Origin: an uncultured Actinomycetota bacterium
Lineage (GTDB): Bacteria; Actinomycetota; Humimicrobiia; Humimicrobiales; Humimicrobiaceae
Direction: 5' to 3'
Length of the DNA stretch: 44,400 nt
Assembly: GCA_964392345.1 (NCBI GenBank)
Contig: CAYMPQ010000004.1
Coordinates: 1 to 44,400, forward strand
Within the stretch, counting starts at the first letter, position 1. Each line of letters starts with the position of its first letter. The notes beneath the pieces are model-generated. The model did not search any database and was not told the DNA's origin. It saw only the letters and a list, made by a program, of their open reading frames with translations. A program made the position numbers and the translations under genes. Below are positions 17,751 to 25,847 of the stretch, one piece after another.

Positions 17751-18404
17751 TTACTTACCTCCACATATACTATTCCAAATTTTACTTGTATCAGGATGCA
17801 GTAGTTTATTTCTTTTTATGACATAAATTATAGTACTTCTATAAATCTCAAGTAAACATAAATTAATATTATCAATGGATAAATTTCTAAAATTATCTAC
17901 GCCATCATACCTTCTGCCCTCTTCCACCTTGTCAGATATAAACAATATCTTATCTTCAAGACTCATATCGCAGTACCCAATAGTATGGAATTTAATTGCT
18001 TTCAGTATTTTCTCATCACTGATACCAAAATCTCTTTTAACTAAATAATCACCTATAAAACCATGGATTAGAGATGGGCAGCTCAGTTCAAACTTACTTA
18101 TATTTAATTTATTTTTTTTTGCTGTTTCAAACAGTTCCCTGCAGTCATATATTTTACCATAATCATGAAGCATACATGAAACACATAACCGATAATATAT
18201 TTCTCTTCTGCTGTCTTCTGTGTGCTTATCCTTTAGCTCATCGCGTTTAGTTTTTGGTTTAAAATGCAGATTAGCAAGTTTTTGAGCATATTTTAAGGTT
18301 CCCATGCTGTGAGAGTATAAATTAAGAGGCATAACAGATTTAATTTTTTCTACTAATTTTTTTAGATTTTCTTTTTGCTTTTCACTTAAAATAAGCTTAT
18401 CCAT
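17751..18404 (-). CDS. yqeK: HD-domain Ap4A hydrolase YqeK
   Basis: YSHSMG, MLHDYGK, LIHGFIG, AIKFHTIG and LFISDKVEEGR; directly downstream of nadD. Alternative start 18413. Confidence 0.9.
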   Translation of the reverse strand: MDKLILSEKQKENLKKLVEKIKSVMPLNLYSHSMGTLKYAQKLANLHFKPKTKRDELKDKHTEDSRREIYYRLCVSCMLHDYGKIYDCRELFETAKKNKLNISKFELSCPSLIHGFIGDYLVKRDFGISDEKILKAIKFHTIGYCDMSLEDKILFISDKVEEGRRYDGVDNFRNLSIDNINLCLLEIYRSTIIYVIKRNKLLHPDTSKIWNSICGGK

Positions 18405-19098
18405 ATAGCCCATGCTTTAATATATAGCTGCGCACCCCTCCAGGAAGGAGGTAGTTTATCGGTCTATTATCTTTAACTCTGCCTCGTATATCTGTAGAGG
18501 AAATGGCAAGCGCTGGAACTTCCATCACAAATATTTTTTCTCCCTTATTATTTTTTGAATTAAACAGCTTTTTTTCTAAATCTTTTATTCGGGATAAATT
18601 ATAGCCGGGTCTTGTAGCTGCGATAAATTTACAGAGAGAAACTATTTCCTCAGTATTTTTCCAGGTAAGTATTTCAAGTATTGCATCCGCCCCTGTTATA
18701 AAATAAAGAGTTACATCGGTACCATATATCCTCCTTAGTTCTCTTACGGTATCTATAGTGTAAGACTTGCCTTTTCTATCCGTCTCTATCCTTGATACCA
18801 AAAAATTTTTATTTGGAGCGGTGGCTATAACTGTCATTAAATATCTATCTTCAGAACTTGCAATGTCTTTGTCTACCTTGTGAGGTGGATCTCCTGTTGG
18901 TATAAAAATAACTTTATCTAAATTAAATTGTCCCAATGCTTCCTGCGCTGTTACAAGATGCCCGAAGTGAATAGGATTGAAGGTTCCTCCCATAATCCCA
19001 ATCCTTTGTATGGGCCTCCTGCTTTTTTTTATGTCTTTTTCTATATCTGTTTTGTAATCCTTGTCGTTCAACTTTCTTTCTTCTTTACTTTTATACAT
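18397..19098 (-). CDS. nadD: Nicotinate-nucleotide adenylyltransferase
   Basis: GIMGGTFNPIHFGH, PPHK, SYTIDT, FITGADA and ISSTDIR. Confidence 0.97.
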   Translation of the reverse strand: MYKSKEERKLNDKDYKTDIEKDIKKSRRPIQRIGIMGGTFNPIHFGHLVTAQEALGQFNLDKVIFIPTGDPPHKVDKDIASSEDRYLMTVIATAPNKNFLVSRIETDRKGKSYTIDTVRELRRIYGTDVTLYFITGADAILEILTWKNTEEIVSLCKFIAATRPGYNLSRIKDLEKKLFNSKNNKGEKIFVMEVPALAISSTDIRGRVKDNRPINYLLPGGVRSYILKHGLYG

Positions 19099-19158
19099 TT
19101 ATTTTCTTATATGCACTTTGCCCTGCACCAGAATCTTAATTGTTTACATATTACTATT

Positions 19159-20415
19159 TTACTGCCTGATTTGACCATCTCCAAACACTATAAATTTATT
19201 TGTAGTAAGCTCTTTTAGCCCCATTGGCCCGCGCCAATGAAGTTTTTGAGTACTTATGCCTATCTCTGCACCCATTCCAAATTCTCCTCCATCCGTAAAT
19301 CTTGTAGAAGCATTTACATACACAGTCGCTGAATCAACAGTTCTTGTAAAGGTAACCGAATTTTTATAGCTTGATGTAATTATTGCATCAGAGTGATGCG
19401 AGCCATATTTATTTATATGAGCTATTGCTTCTTCCATGTCTTCTGTAACCTTAACAGCCATCTTCATATCCAAATACTCTTCATACCAATCTTCTTCTGT
19501 TGCAATCTTAATGGAAGGAAATATATTTTTGGCATTTTTGCATCCCTTTAAAATCACACCCCTGCATTGCAGCTCGCTCAGTACAGCAGGAAGCACTTCA
19601 TCTGCTGCGTCTCTGTGAATAATTAATTTTTCAGCAGCGTTGCACACGCTTGGCCTCTGGGTTTTTGCATTTACTACTATGTCTATAATTTTGCTCCTGT
19701 CTATGCCATCTAAAAATTTGTCTACATATATGTGGCAGTTTCCTATGCCAGTCTCAATTACCGGAACTCTTGAATTTTTAACCACACTGCTTATCAGGCT
19801 CCTGCCGCCCCTTGGTATGAGAACATCCACATACTCCCTGAGCTGCATCAATTTTACTGCATGTTCTTTATCAACAGTGGGAATAATCTGGATTATATCT
19901 TCAGGAAAATTATTTTCAGCTAAAGCCTGCCTCATTATTTCTACTAATTTTTTATTGGTTGAAAGCGCATGTGAACTTCCCCTCAGGATTACACAATTTC
20001 CAGATTTCAAACATAAAACTGAAGCATCTACTGTAACATTGGGCCTTGCTTCATATATTATGCCTATAACCCCAAGCGGAACCCTAATATTGCTAAGCAT
20101 TAACCCATTTGGAAGATTGTATCCAAAAATTACCTCGCCTACCGGGTCAGTAAAATCAATCACGGTATTTATGCTTTCAGCAATTTTTTTTATTCTATCC
20201 CCGTCAAGCCTTAACCTGTCCAGTAAACTTTCCGATATCCCTTCTTTTTTTGATTTTTCAATATCTTTTTTGTTTTCTTTTATAATATCATCTGAATTTG
20301 AAATTAGATTTTTTGAGATATCTTTAAGAATTTTATTTTTAGCAACAGTTCCTGCCTTTGAAATAATAGAGGCAGAATTTTTGGCTTTCTTTGCTATGTT
20401 TACAATTATATCCAT
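19159..20415 (-). CDS. proA: Gamma-glutamyl phosphate reductase
   Basis: VPLGVIGIIYEARPNVT, LIPRGG, RPSVCNAAE and NASTRFTDGGEFGMGAEIGISTQKLH. ATG 20415 follows GGAGG. Confidence 0.97.
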   Translation of the reverse strand: MDIIVNIAKKAKNSASIISKAGTVAKNKILKDISKNLISNSDDIIKENKKDIEKSKKEGISESLLDRLRLDGDRIKKIAESINTVIDFTDPVGEVIFGYNLPNGLMLSNIRVPLGVIGIIYEARPNVTVDASVLCLKSGNCVILRGSSHALSTNKKLVEIMRQALAENNFPEDIIQIIPTVDKEHAVKLMQLREYVDVLIPRGGRSLISSVVKNSRVPVIETGIGNCHIYVDKFLDGIDRSKIIDIVVNAKTQRPSVCNAAEKLIIHRDAADEVLPAVLSELQCRGVILKGCKNAKNIFPSIKIATEEDWYEEYLDMKMAVKVTEDMEEAIAHINKYGSHHSDAIITSSYKNSVTFTRTVDSATVYVNASTRFTDGGEFGMGAEIGISTQKLHWRGPMGLKELTTNKFIVFGDGQIRQ

Positions 20416-20467
20416 AAGTCCTCCAGTAACATTTATAGCCATTATAACATAAAAGGGCGTTTTAGAT

Positions 20468-21604
20468 TTAGCCGTCAAAAACAACAAGATTGTCCCTGTG
20501 AATTATTTCACAGCACATCGAAGAGCCCATTTCTTCTAAAATTTGCTTTTTATTTTTTCCCTTAACTTTATTTATGTCTTCGCTGGAAAAACTGCTGATT
20601 CCCTTGGCAATCAGCTTGCTGTCCAGTGAATATACTTTCAGAGTGTCTCCCCTGCTGAACCTTCCGTTTACTTCTATTACCCCCACAGGAAGGATGCTTC
20701 TTCCTTTGTTTACTATTGCGTCTTCTGCGCCTCTGTCAATGACAATACTTCCTTTAGTCAGTATCCCAAAAGCTATCCACTTCTTTACACCCCTGACTTT
20801 TTTTGAAGTTTGCGGAACAAAGAAAGTTCCAATATCCTCTCCACTAATTATTTTTCTTAGTACATCAGGTTCCCTGCTGTTTGCAATCACCATCCCTATG
20901 CCCGAAAAAGCACAAACCTTCGCAGCTTTCATTTTTGTTGCCATTCCGCCAGAACCATAAGCAGAACCTATTCCTCCGGCTAATTTTTCTATATCTTCGT
21001 TTATGCTGTCAACCTGGGATATTAAATTAGCATTGCTGTTAGCTCTTGGATCACGATCATACATACCGTCTATATCTGACAAAATTATCAGAATATCAGC
21101 TTCTGTTAAACTGGAAACCACTCCAGCAAGCCTGTCGTTGTCTCCAAATTTTATTTCATCTGTAGCCACGCTGTCATTTTCATTTATAACAGGAATTATT
21201 TTTAATTTGATTAAATTTTCTATAGTATTTTTAATGTTTAGATACTGCTTTCTCCTTGTAGTATCTTCATGAGTAAGAAGTATCTGCCCAATCTTTAATC
21301 CATGCCTTGAGAACAAATTACTGTACGTCTTCATAAGTTCTACCTGTCCAATTGATGCTGCAGCCTGCAAAAGATTTATATCACCGGGCTTATCTAAAAT
21401 ATTCAAGCACCTTAGCCCTGCAGCTATGGCTCCACTTGTAACAATGATAACTTCAATGCCCTTCTCCGTTATTTTGCTTACTTCGCTGGTAAACTTTTCC
21501 ATATTGTCTATATCCAGACCGCCTTTTTGCAGTGCAAGGCTGCTGGACCCAATTTTTACTACTGCCCTTTTTATATTTTTAAGATATTTTTTTCTATTTC
21601 CCAT
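20468..21604 (-). CDS. proB: Glutamate 5-kinase with PUA domain
   Basis: VVKIGSSSL, TSGAIAAG, INENDSV, FGDNDRL, GSGGMATK and C-terminal PUA (SILPVGV...IIHRDNLV). Confidence 0.97.
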   Translation of the reverse strand: MGNRKKYLKNIKRAVVKIGSSSLALQKGGLDIDNMEKFTSEVSKITEKGIEVIIVTSGAIAAGLRCLNILDKPGDINLLQAAASIGQVELMKTYSNLFSRHGLKIGQILLTHEDTTRRKQYLNIKNTIENLIKLKIIPVINENDSVATDEIKFGDNDRLAGVVSSLTEADILIILSDIDGMYDRDPRANSNANLISQVDSINEDIEKLAGGIGSAYGSGGMATKMKAAKVCAFSGIGMVIANSREPDVLRKIISGEDIGTFFVPQTSKKVRGVKKWIAFGILTKGSIVIDRGAEDAIVNKGRSILPVGVIEVNGRFSRGDTLKVYSLDSKLIAKGISSFSSEDINKVKGKNKKQILEEMGSSMCCEIIHRDNLVVFDG

Positions 21605-21608
21605 AAAA

Positions 21609-22916
21609 CTATTCTTTAAGCTCAAAAACTAAGTTTCCAATTATTACAGTGCTGCCTTCCTCCACACCCATTTTTTTCAGTTTATCACCAATTCCCATTT
21701 TTTTTAATCGGCATTTCAAATACTCTAATGCTTCCTCATTTTCAAAATCAGTCATAGACACGATTCTTTCTAACTTTTTGCTTTCTACAACATATTCATT
21801 ATCCTGTCGGCGAACCTTCATTTTTTCGTCATCCAGCTTGTGGGCATCAATTGTATAAATTTTAGCCGCACCACGGCTTTTTAGCTCTTTTTCTTTTTCT
21901 TCCTTCAACTTTTCCCTGCACTCTTTTATCTTTTTATACAAAGCCCAGGTTAAATCCTGCATTCCAGTACCAACAAATGCAGATATTAAAAAAACTTCCC
22001 TGCCGCTTTTTTCCTCTAACTTTTCTTTAATATCTTCTGCTATGCTTTTGTCTGAAATTAAATCTATTTTGTTTACTGCTACGATATAATCCCTCTCATA
22101 CAGACCACTGTCATACAATCTTATTTCTTCCCTTAACACATCGAAAGTTTTAATGATTTCATTACCATCCTCAAGGATTTTTTGGCCGTCAAGTACCATT
22201 ACCAGAACCAGGGACCTCATTATATGCCTTAAAAACTTATCCCCAAGTCCGACACCGCTATGCGCACCTTCTATAAGCCCGGGGACATCTGCAACTACAA
22301 AGCTTTCATCATCTACAGATACAACCCCTAAGTTAGGAACGGTAGTGGTAAAAGGATAATCTGCAATCTTGGGCTTAGCTGCTGATATCCTGCTTATTAT
22401 TGTAGATTTCCCCGCATTGGGAAACCCAACCAGCGCAGCATCCGCTATGAGGCGAAGCTCTAAATTAATCCAGGCTTCCTCTACTTTTTCTCCCTTCTCT
22501 GCAAAGGATGGAAATCTTCTCCCCTGGGAAATAAGGCTTGCGTTTCCTTTCCCCCCAATTCCCCCATAAGCAATAACTGCACTGCTTCCTTCTTCACTTA
22601 AGTCAGACAGCACCTCCCCTTTTTCACTTTTGACTATAGTTCCAACAGGTACATTTATTATTAAGTCATCTCCATTTTTTCCGCTCCTGTTATTTGACAT
22701 TCCACTTTTTCCATTTTGAGCTTTAAAATGTATCTTTTTTTTAAAATTATATAAACTGCTCACACTACTGCTGGCTTTAATAATCACATTTCCGCCTCTT
22801 CCGCCACTACCGCCGCAGGCAATCTTTTTCCCCCTGGCCTTGGTATAAAAAAAGCTGACAATTCCGCTGCCGCCGTCTCCAGCTTTGATATTTATTTTTG
22901 CTTCATCTAAGAACAT
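21609..22916 (-). CDS. obg: Obg/CgtA GTPase with C-terminal OCT domain
   Basis: MFLDEAKI, glycine-rich N-domain, GFPNAGKST, KIADYPFTT, DVPGLIEGA, NKID and C-terminal LKKMGVEEGSTVIIG. Confidence 0.96.
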   Translation of the reverse strand: MFLDEAKINIKAGDGGSGIVSFFYTKARGKKIACGGSGGRGGNVIIKASSSVSSLYNFKKKIHFKAQNGKSGMSNNRSGKNGDDLIINVPVGTIVKSEKGEVLSDLSEEGSSAVIAYGGIGGKGNASLISQGRRFPSFAEKGEKVEEAWINLELRLIADAALVGFPNAGKSTIISRISAAKPKIADYPFTTTVPNLGVVSVDDESFVVADVPGLIEGAHSGVGLGDKFLRHIMRSLVLVMVLDGQKILEDGNEIIKTFDVLREEIRLYDSGLYERDYIVAVNKIDLISDKSIAEDIKEKLEEKSGREVFLISAFVGTGMQDLTWALYKKIKECREKLKEEKEKELKSRGAAKIYTIDAHKLDDEKMKVRRQDNEYVVESKKLERIVSMTDFENEEALEYLKCRLKKMGIGDKLKKMGVEEGSTVIIGNLVFELKE

Positions 22917-22948
22917 GTATTTTTATCTTTTCTTTTACTATTTGCCAC

Positions 22949-23380
22949 TCAAAAATTGAATTTGCCAGGACTCTTAATAAAACTAAAGCTATCGTTATTC
23001 TGAAGCATTTCCTGATCTTCTGTAATAAGAAGAGCCTGCCTGCTCATGGCTACTGCTATGTAAAGAGAATCATAAAATGTCAGTTTAGATTTCCTGGCAA
23101 TATCTATTGTGTTGCCAATAATTTCTTTATCAGGATATATTATGTTTAAATTCATGCGGTACAGGGTTTCTAAGGAAAAATGTATGATTTCATTAGTAAA
23201 GCCCTCCTTCTTAAGCAATGCATTCATAGTTTCAAAGAAAAATAAATCAGGTACGGTAATCTCTATTCCATTTTTTAGTTTTAGGTCCCGAATTTGTAAT
23301 GCCAAATCTACATTATCCTCATCTTTGCAGCTAAACCACTTTACGCCTATGGAGGCATCTATAACAATTTTCATTTGCAT
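22949..23380 (-). CDS. vapC: VapC-family PIN toxin
   Basis: IVIDASIGVKWF...PDLFFFETMNAL...LTFYDSLYIAVA...LITED. Confidence 0.9.
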   Translation of the reverse strand: MQMKIVIDASIGVKWFSCKDEDNVDLALQIRDLKLKNGIEITVPDLFFFETMNALLKKEGFTNEIIHFSLETLYRMNLNIIYPDKEIIGNTIDIARKSKLTFYDSLYIAVAMSRQALLITEDQEMLQNNDSFSFIKSPGKFNF

Positions 23381-23389
23381 ACAACTCTT

Positions 23390-23665
23390 TTATCTAGAGT
23401 CCCTATACTCTCTTATTATTTCTACAGCACTCTTTCCAGAAGGAAAATATTTACTTTTGGCTCGAATTTTGTCCTGCATCTTTATCGCCCACTCAACATC
23501 CCTTCTCTTTTGTTCTTTTTCCTTCAGTTCCTTTATGCCGGCAATATATTGTGATGCTGCTTCCCTGATTAACTGGCTTTTGCTCATTTTTTCTTCAGAG
23601 CAGAATTTATTTATCTCTTTTAAATTTTCTTCCGGGATAGTTATATTAATTCTTTTTGAACTCAT
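23390..23665 (-). CDS. CopG/RHH antitoxin (VapB-like)
   Basis: KRINITIPEENLKEINKFCSEEKMSKSQLIREA has the RHH pattern; ends SAVEIIREYRD; lies upstream of VapC. Confidence 0.88.
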   Translation of the reverse strand: MSSKRINITIPEENLKEINKFCSEEKMSKSQLIREAASQYIAGIKELKEKEQKRRDVEWAIKMQDKIRAKSKYFPSGKSAVEIIREYRDSR

Positions 23666-23667
23666 TT

Positions 23668-23712
23668 TACACTCACCATTAGTAAGTATAACTGGTGTGT
23701 ATTAATTGTCAA
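23668..23712 (-). promoter_or_regulatory. Promoter and operator of the second toxin-antitoxin operon
   Basis: TTGACA (23712-23707), 16 nt, TATACT (23690-23685). An imperfect inverted repeat TACAC(TC)ACCA / TGGTGTGTA flanks the -10. Confidence 0.65.
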
Positions 23713-24910
23713 TCCTCTTATAATTATTTCTAATGATAGCGGAAACACCGGGAAACTTTTTGCCCACATTTAATATCAGTACAAATATAAAAAAAACAAA
23801 TAATAATAGAATGTCCATATACATAACGCTATTCTTTGAGAAATGTTCGGAGAAATAGCCCCCCAAATATTGAAAAATAATTACACCAAGATTTGCAGAA
23901 GCCATTAAAAAACCCGAGGTGAAATTAGTATATCCAGGATGCAGATCAGTGCTAATAGAGTACGTAATTGTGAAATTGCCGGCTATACCGGCTCCAAACA
24001 AAAAAATTAAAATGTTTTTTAAAATTAAATCACTGCTGAAAAATACTCCTACCAGCGCTGCAAAAGAGATAATAGCACTAAACAGCAGCACTCTTTTTTC
24101 TTTAACATGCTTTACTATTTTATTTTTAATGAACATTCCAGTTACAGCTGCCAGTCCATAAAATGCTAAGAATAAGGAGCTCGTATTTATATCAATATTG
24201 AGATTGGAAAAATATGTGGTAAACCACGAAAAAAAAGTATTCATAATTGCAGCATGTACAAACACTATGATGCAAAATAACAAAAAATATGGGTTGGATG
24301 ATATCTTTTTATTAATACTAAAAAGAGACTTCAGATTTCTTTTAACCTTTATACTCTTTGGTATCTTTAATAAAAGTAACCAGGCTAGAAGAATTATTTG
24401 TGCAACAGAAATATAAATATAAAAAAAACGCCAGCTTGAGTCAGTATATAGCACAGCGCTCACAAGCAGAGGTGCAACAACAATAGACAGCGAATTTCCA
24501 ACTACTACTTTTATTAAACTGCCGGTTTTCCTGCCAGTGTGGTGGTTTCCAACAAGAGAAAAAACACTGAGAACTATTATACCTGCCCCAGCGCTCAGCA
24601 AAAAATATGCTGCCAAAAAAATAATATAACGATAAGAAAAACAAAGCCCCAAACAACCAAAAATATTTAAAAGTGATCCCAAGAGAATTATCCTCTTGTA
24701 GCCAAAGACTTCTATCAGGTTACCGGTAACAAGTGAAGTAATCAATATTCCAAAAACACTTAGCGATAATACGGAGCCCATATAATCCAGGCCAACATTT
24801 AAATCCCTTGAAATTATTGGTATGAGCGGCCCTATTAAAGTGCAGGAAACTCCTGTTATAAATAATCGAAAGAAGGAAAAAACTAAAATTTTATTTTTTT
24901 TTGGTTTCAT
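23702..24910 (-). CDS. MFS transporter
   Basis: 402 aa, about 12 hydrophobic segments; IGPLIPIISRDLNV and motif-A-like GNLIEVFGYKRIILLG. Confidence 0.88.
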   Translation of the reverse strand: MKPKKNKILVFSFFRLFITGVSCTLIGPLIPIISRDLNVGLDYMGSVLSLSVFGILITSLVTGNLIEVFGYKRIILLGSLLNIFGCLGLCFSYRYIIFLAAYFLLSAGAGIIVLSVFSLVGNHHTGRKTGSLIKVVVGNSLSIVVAPLLVSAVLYTDSSWRFFYIYISVAQIILLAWLLLLKIPKSIKVKRNLKSLFSINKKISSNPYFLLFCIIVFVHAAIMNTFFSWFTTYFSNLNIDINTSSLFLAFYGLAAVTGMFIKNKIVKHVKEKRVLLFSAIISFAALVGVFFSSDLILKNILIFLFGAGIAGNFTITYSISTDLHPGYTNFTSGFLMASANLGVIIFQYLGGYFSEHFSKNSVMYMDILLLFVFFIFVLILNVGKKFPGVSAIIRNNYKRIDN

Positions 24911-24934
24911 TAAAATAAGAAAATTTTTTTAATA

Positions 24935-24976
24935 TAAAAGTAATCCATAAAATATAACTATATTCTATGGATTACT
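24935..24976 (-). terminator. Probable intrinsic terminator after rplU-rpmA
   Basis: Near-perfect 38-bp palindrome AGTAATCCATA...TATGGATTACT (24939-24976), followed on the minus strand by TTTTATATT. Confidence 0.6.
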
Positions 24977-25061
24977 AAAATAAATCTAGATTGAAATACG
25001 TACAGCGTATACTTTCTAAAAATCCAGCGCAAATCTCGTAGTAGCTGTGCTTATAAATAAA

Positions 25062-25310
25062 CTAAATCATGTTTACTACTTTACCGTTTCTACTGTTTTT
25101 TACAAACTCAACTTTTCCATCCCTTTTAGCAAAAAGAGTAAAATCTCTGCCCATCCCTACACCATTTCCTGGTTTAAACTTTGTTCCCCTTTGTCTCACA
25201 ATAATACTGCCAGCTTTTACGCTCTGGCCGCCTGAGCTTTTTATACCTAAAAATTTAGGGTTACTATCTCTTCCGTTTCTTGAGCTTCCAAGACCTTTTT
25301 TGCTGGACAT
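25062..25310 (-). CDS. rpmA: 50S ribosomal protein L27
   Basis: [24 protein letters not shown]...[24 protein letters not shown]. Confidence 0.98.
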   Translation of the reverse strand: MSSKKGLGSSRNGRDSNPKFLGIKSSGGQSVKAGSIIVRQRGTKFKPGNGVGMGRDFTLFAKRDGKVEFVKNSRNGKVVNMI

Positions 25311-25322
25311 AAGAACACCCCC

Positions 25323-25637
25323 TTATTTTATACTTATTTTATCAAAATGCAGCAATGTAAGCAGTTGTCTATTGCCAACTTTTCTTCTATACCTCTTTTT
25401 TGGCTTATATTTAAAGGAAACTACCTTATCTCCCTTCAGATGCTTCTTAATCTCAGCCTCTACAACTACATTGTTTAATATTGGTTTTCCAATCTCTATC
25501 TTTTCACCATTACACACCAGATTAACATCTGAGATAGTTATTTTGTCTCCTTCTTTGCCTTCAACTCTACCTACAACCATTTCACTGCCTTCTTCAACTT
25601 TATACTGTTTCCCTCCGCTTAAAATTATCGCGTAAAT
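25323..25637 (-). CDS. rplU: 50S ribosomal protein L21, apparent ATT start
   Basis: xYAIILSGGKQYKVEEG...KGDKVVSFKYKPKKRYRRKVGNRQ. The Met1 position is ATT at 25637, 6 nt after AGGAGG, giving 104 aa. Confidence 0.95.
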   Translation of the reverse strand: MYAIILSGGKQYKVEEGSEMVVGRVEGKEGDKITISDVNLVCNGEKIEIGKPILNNVVVEAEIKKHLKGDKVVSFKYKPKKRYRRKVGNRQLLTLLHFDKISIK

Positions 25638-25719
25638 TTTTATCCTCCTTATATCTTTACAATACTTCTCCTTTATGCAAATAGGCCATCTAAACTTTAT
25701 CACTGAATTACAAGTTGGA

Positions 25720-25749
25720 ATATTAGCACATTTTGCAGCATACTGTCAA
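25720..25749 (-). promoter_or_regulatory. Promoter of rplU-rpmA
   Basis: TTGACA (25749-25744), 18 nt, extended -10 TGnTAATAT (25728-25720). Confidence 0.6.
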
Positions 25750-25847
25750 TTAGCTTCCGTTTGATTTTTACAGGCAACAGGTCAGCTGGCCAAAGCTTTT
25801 TATGCTGCAACCACAAATATCATTCTCTTTTTGCCAAAATTTAAAAA

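Noticed and set aside
19640-20452. 270-aa plus-strand ORF and the many other antisense ORFs over housekeeping genes
   Set aside because: They lie fully opposite well-identified genes, have Ser/Ile/Phe/Leu-rich shadow composition and show no motifs.
25638-25703. N-terminally extended 126-aa L21 from GTG 25703
   Set aside because: No SD, a non-homologous extension, and a perfect SD positioned for the ATT at 25637.
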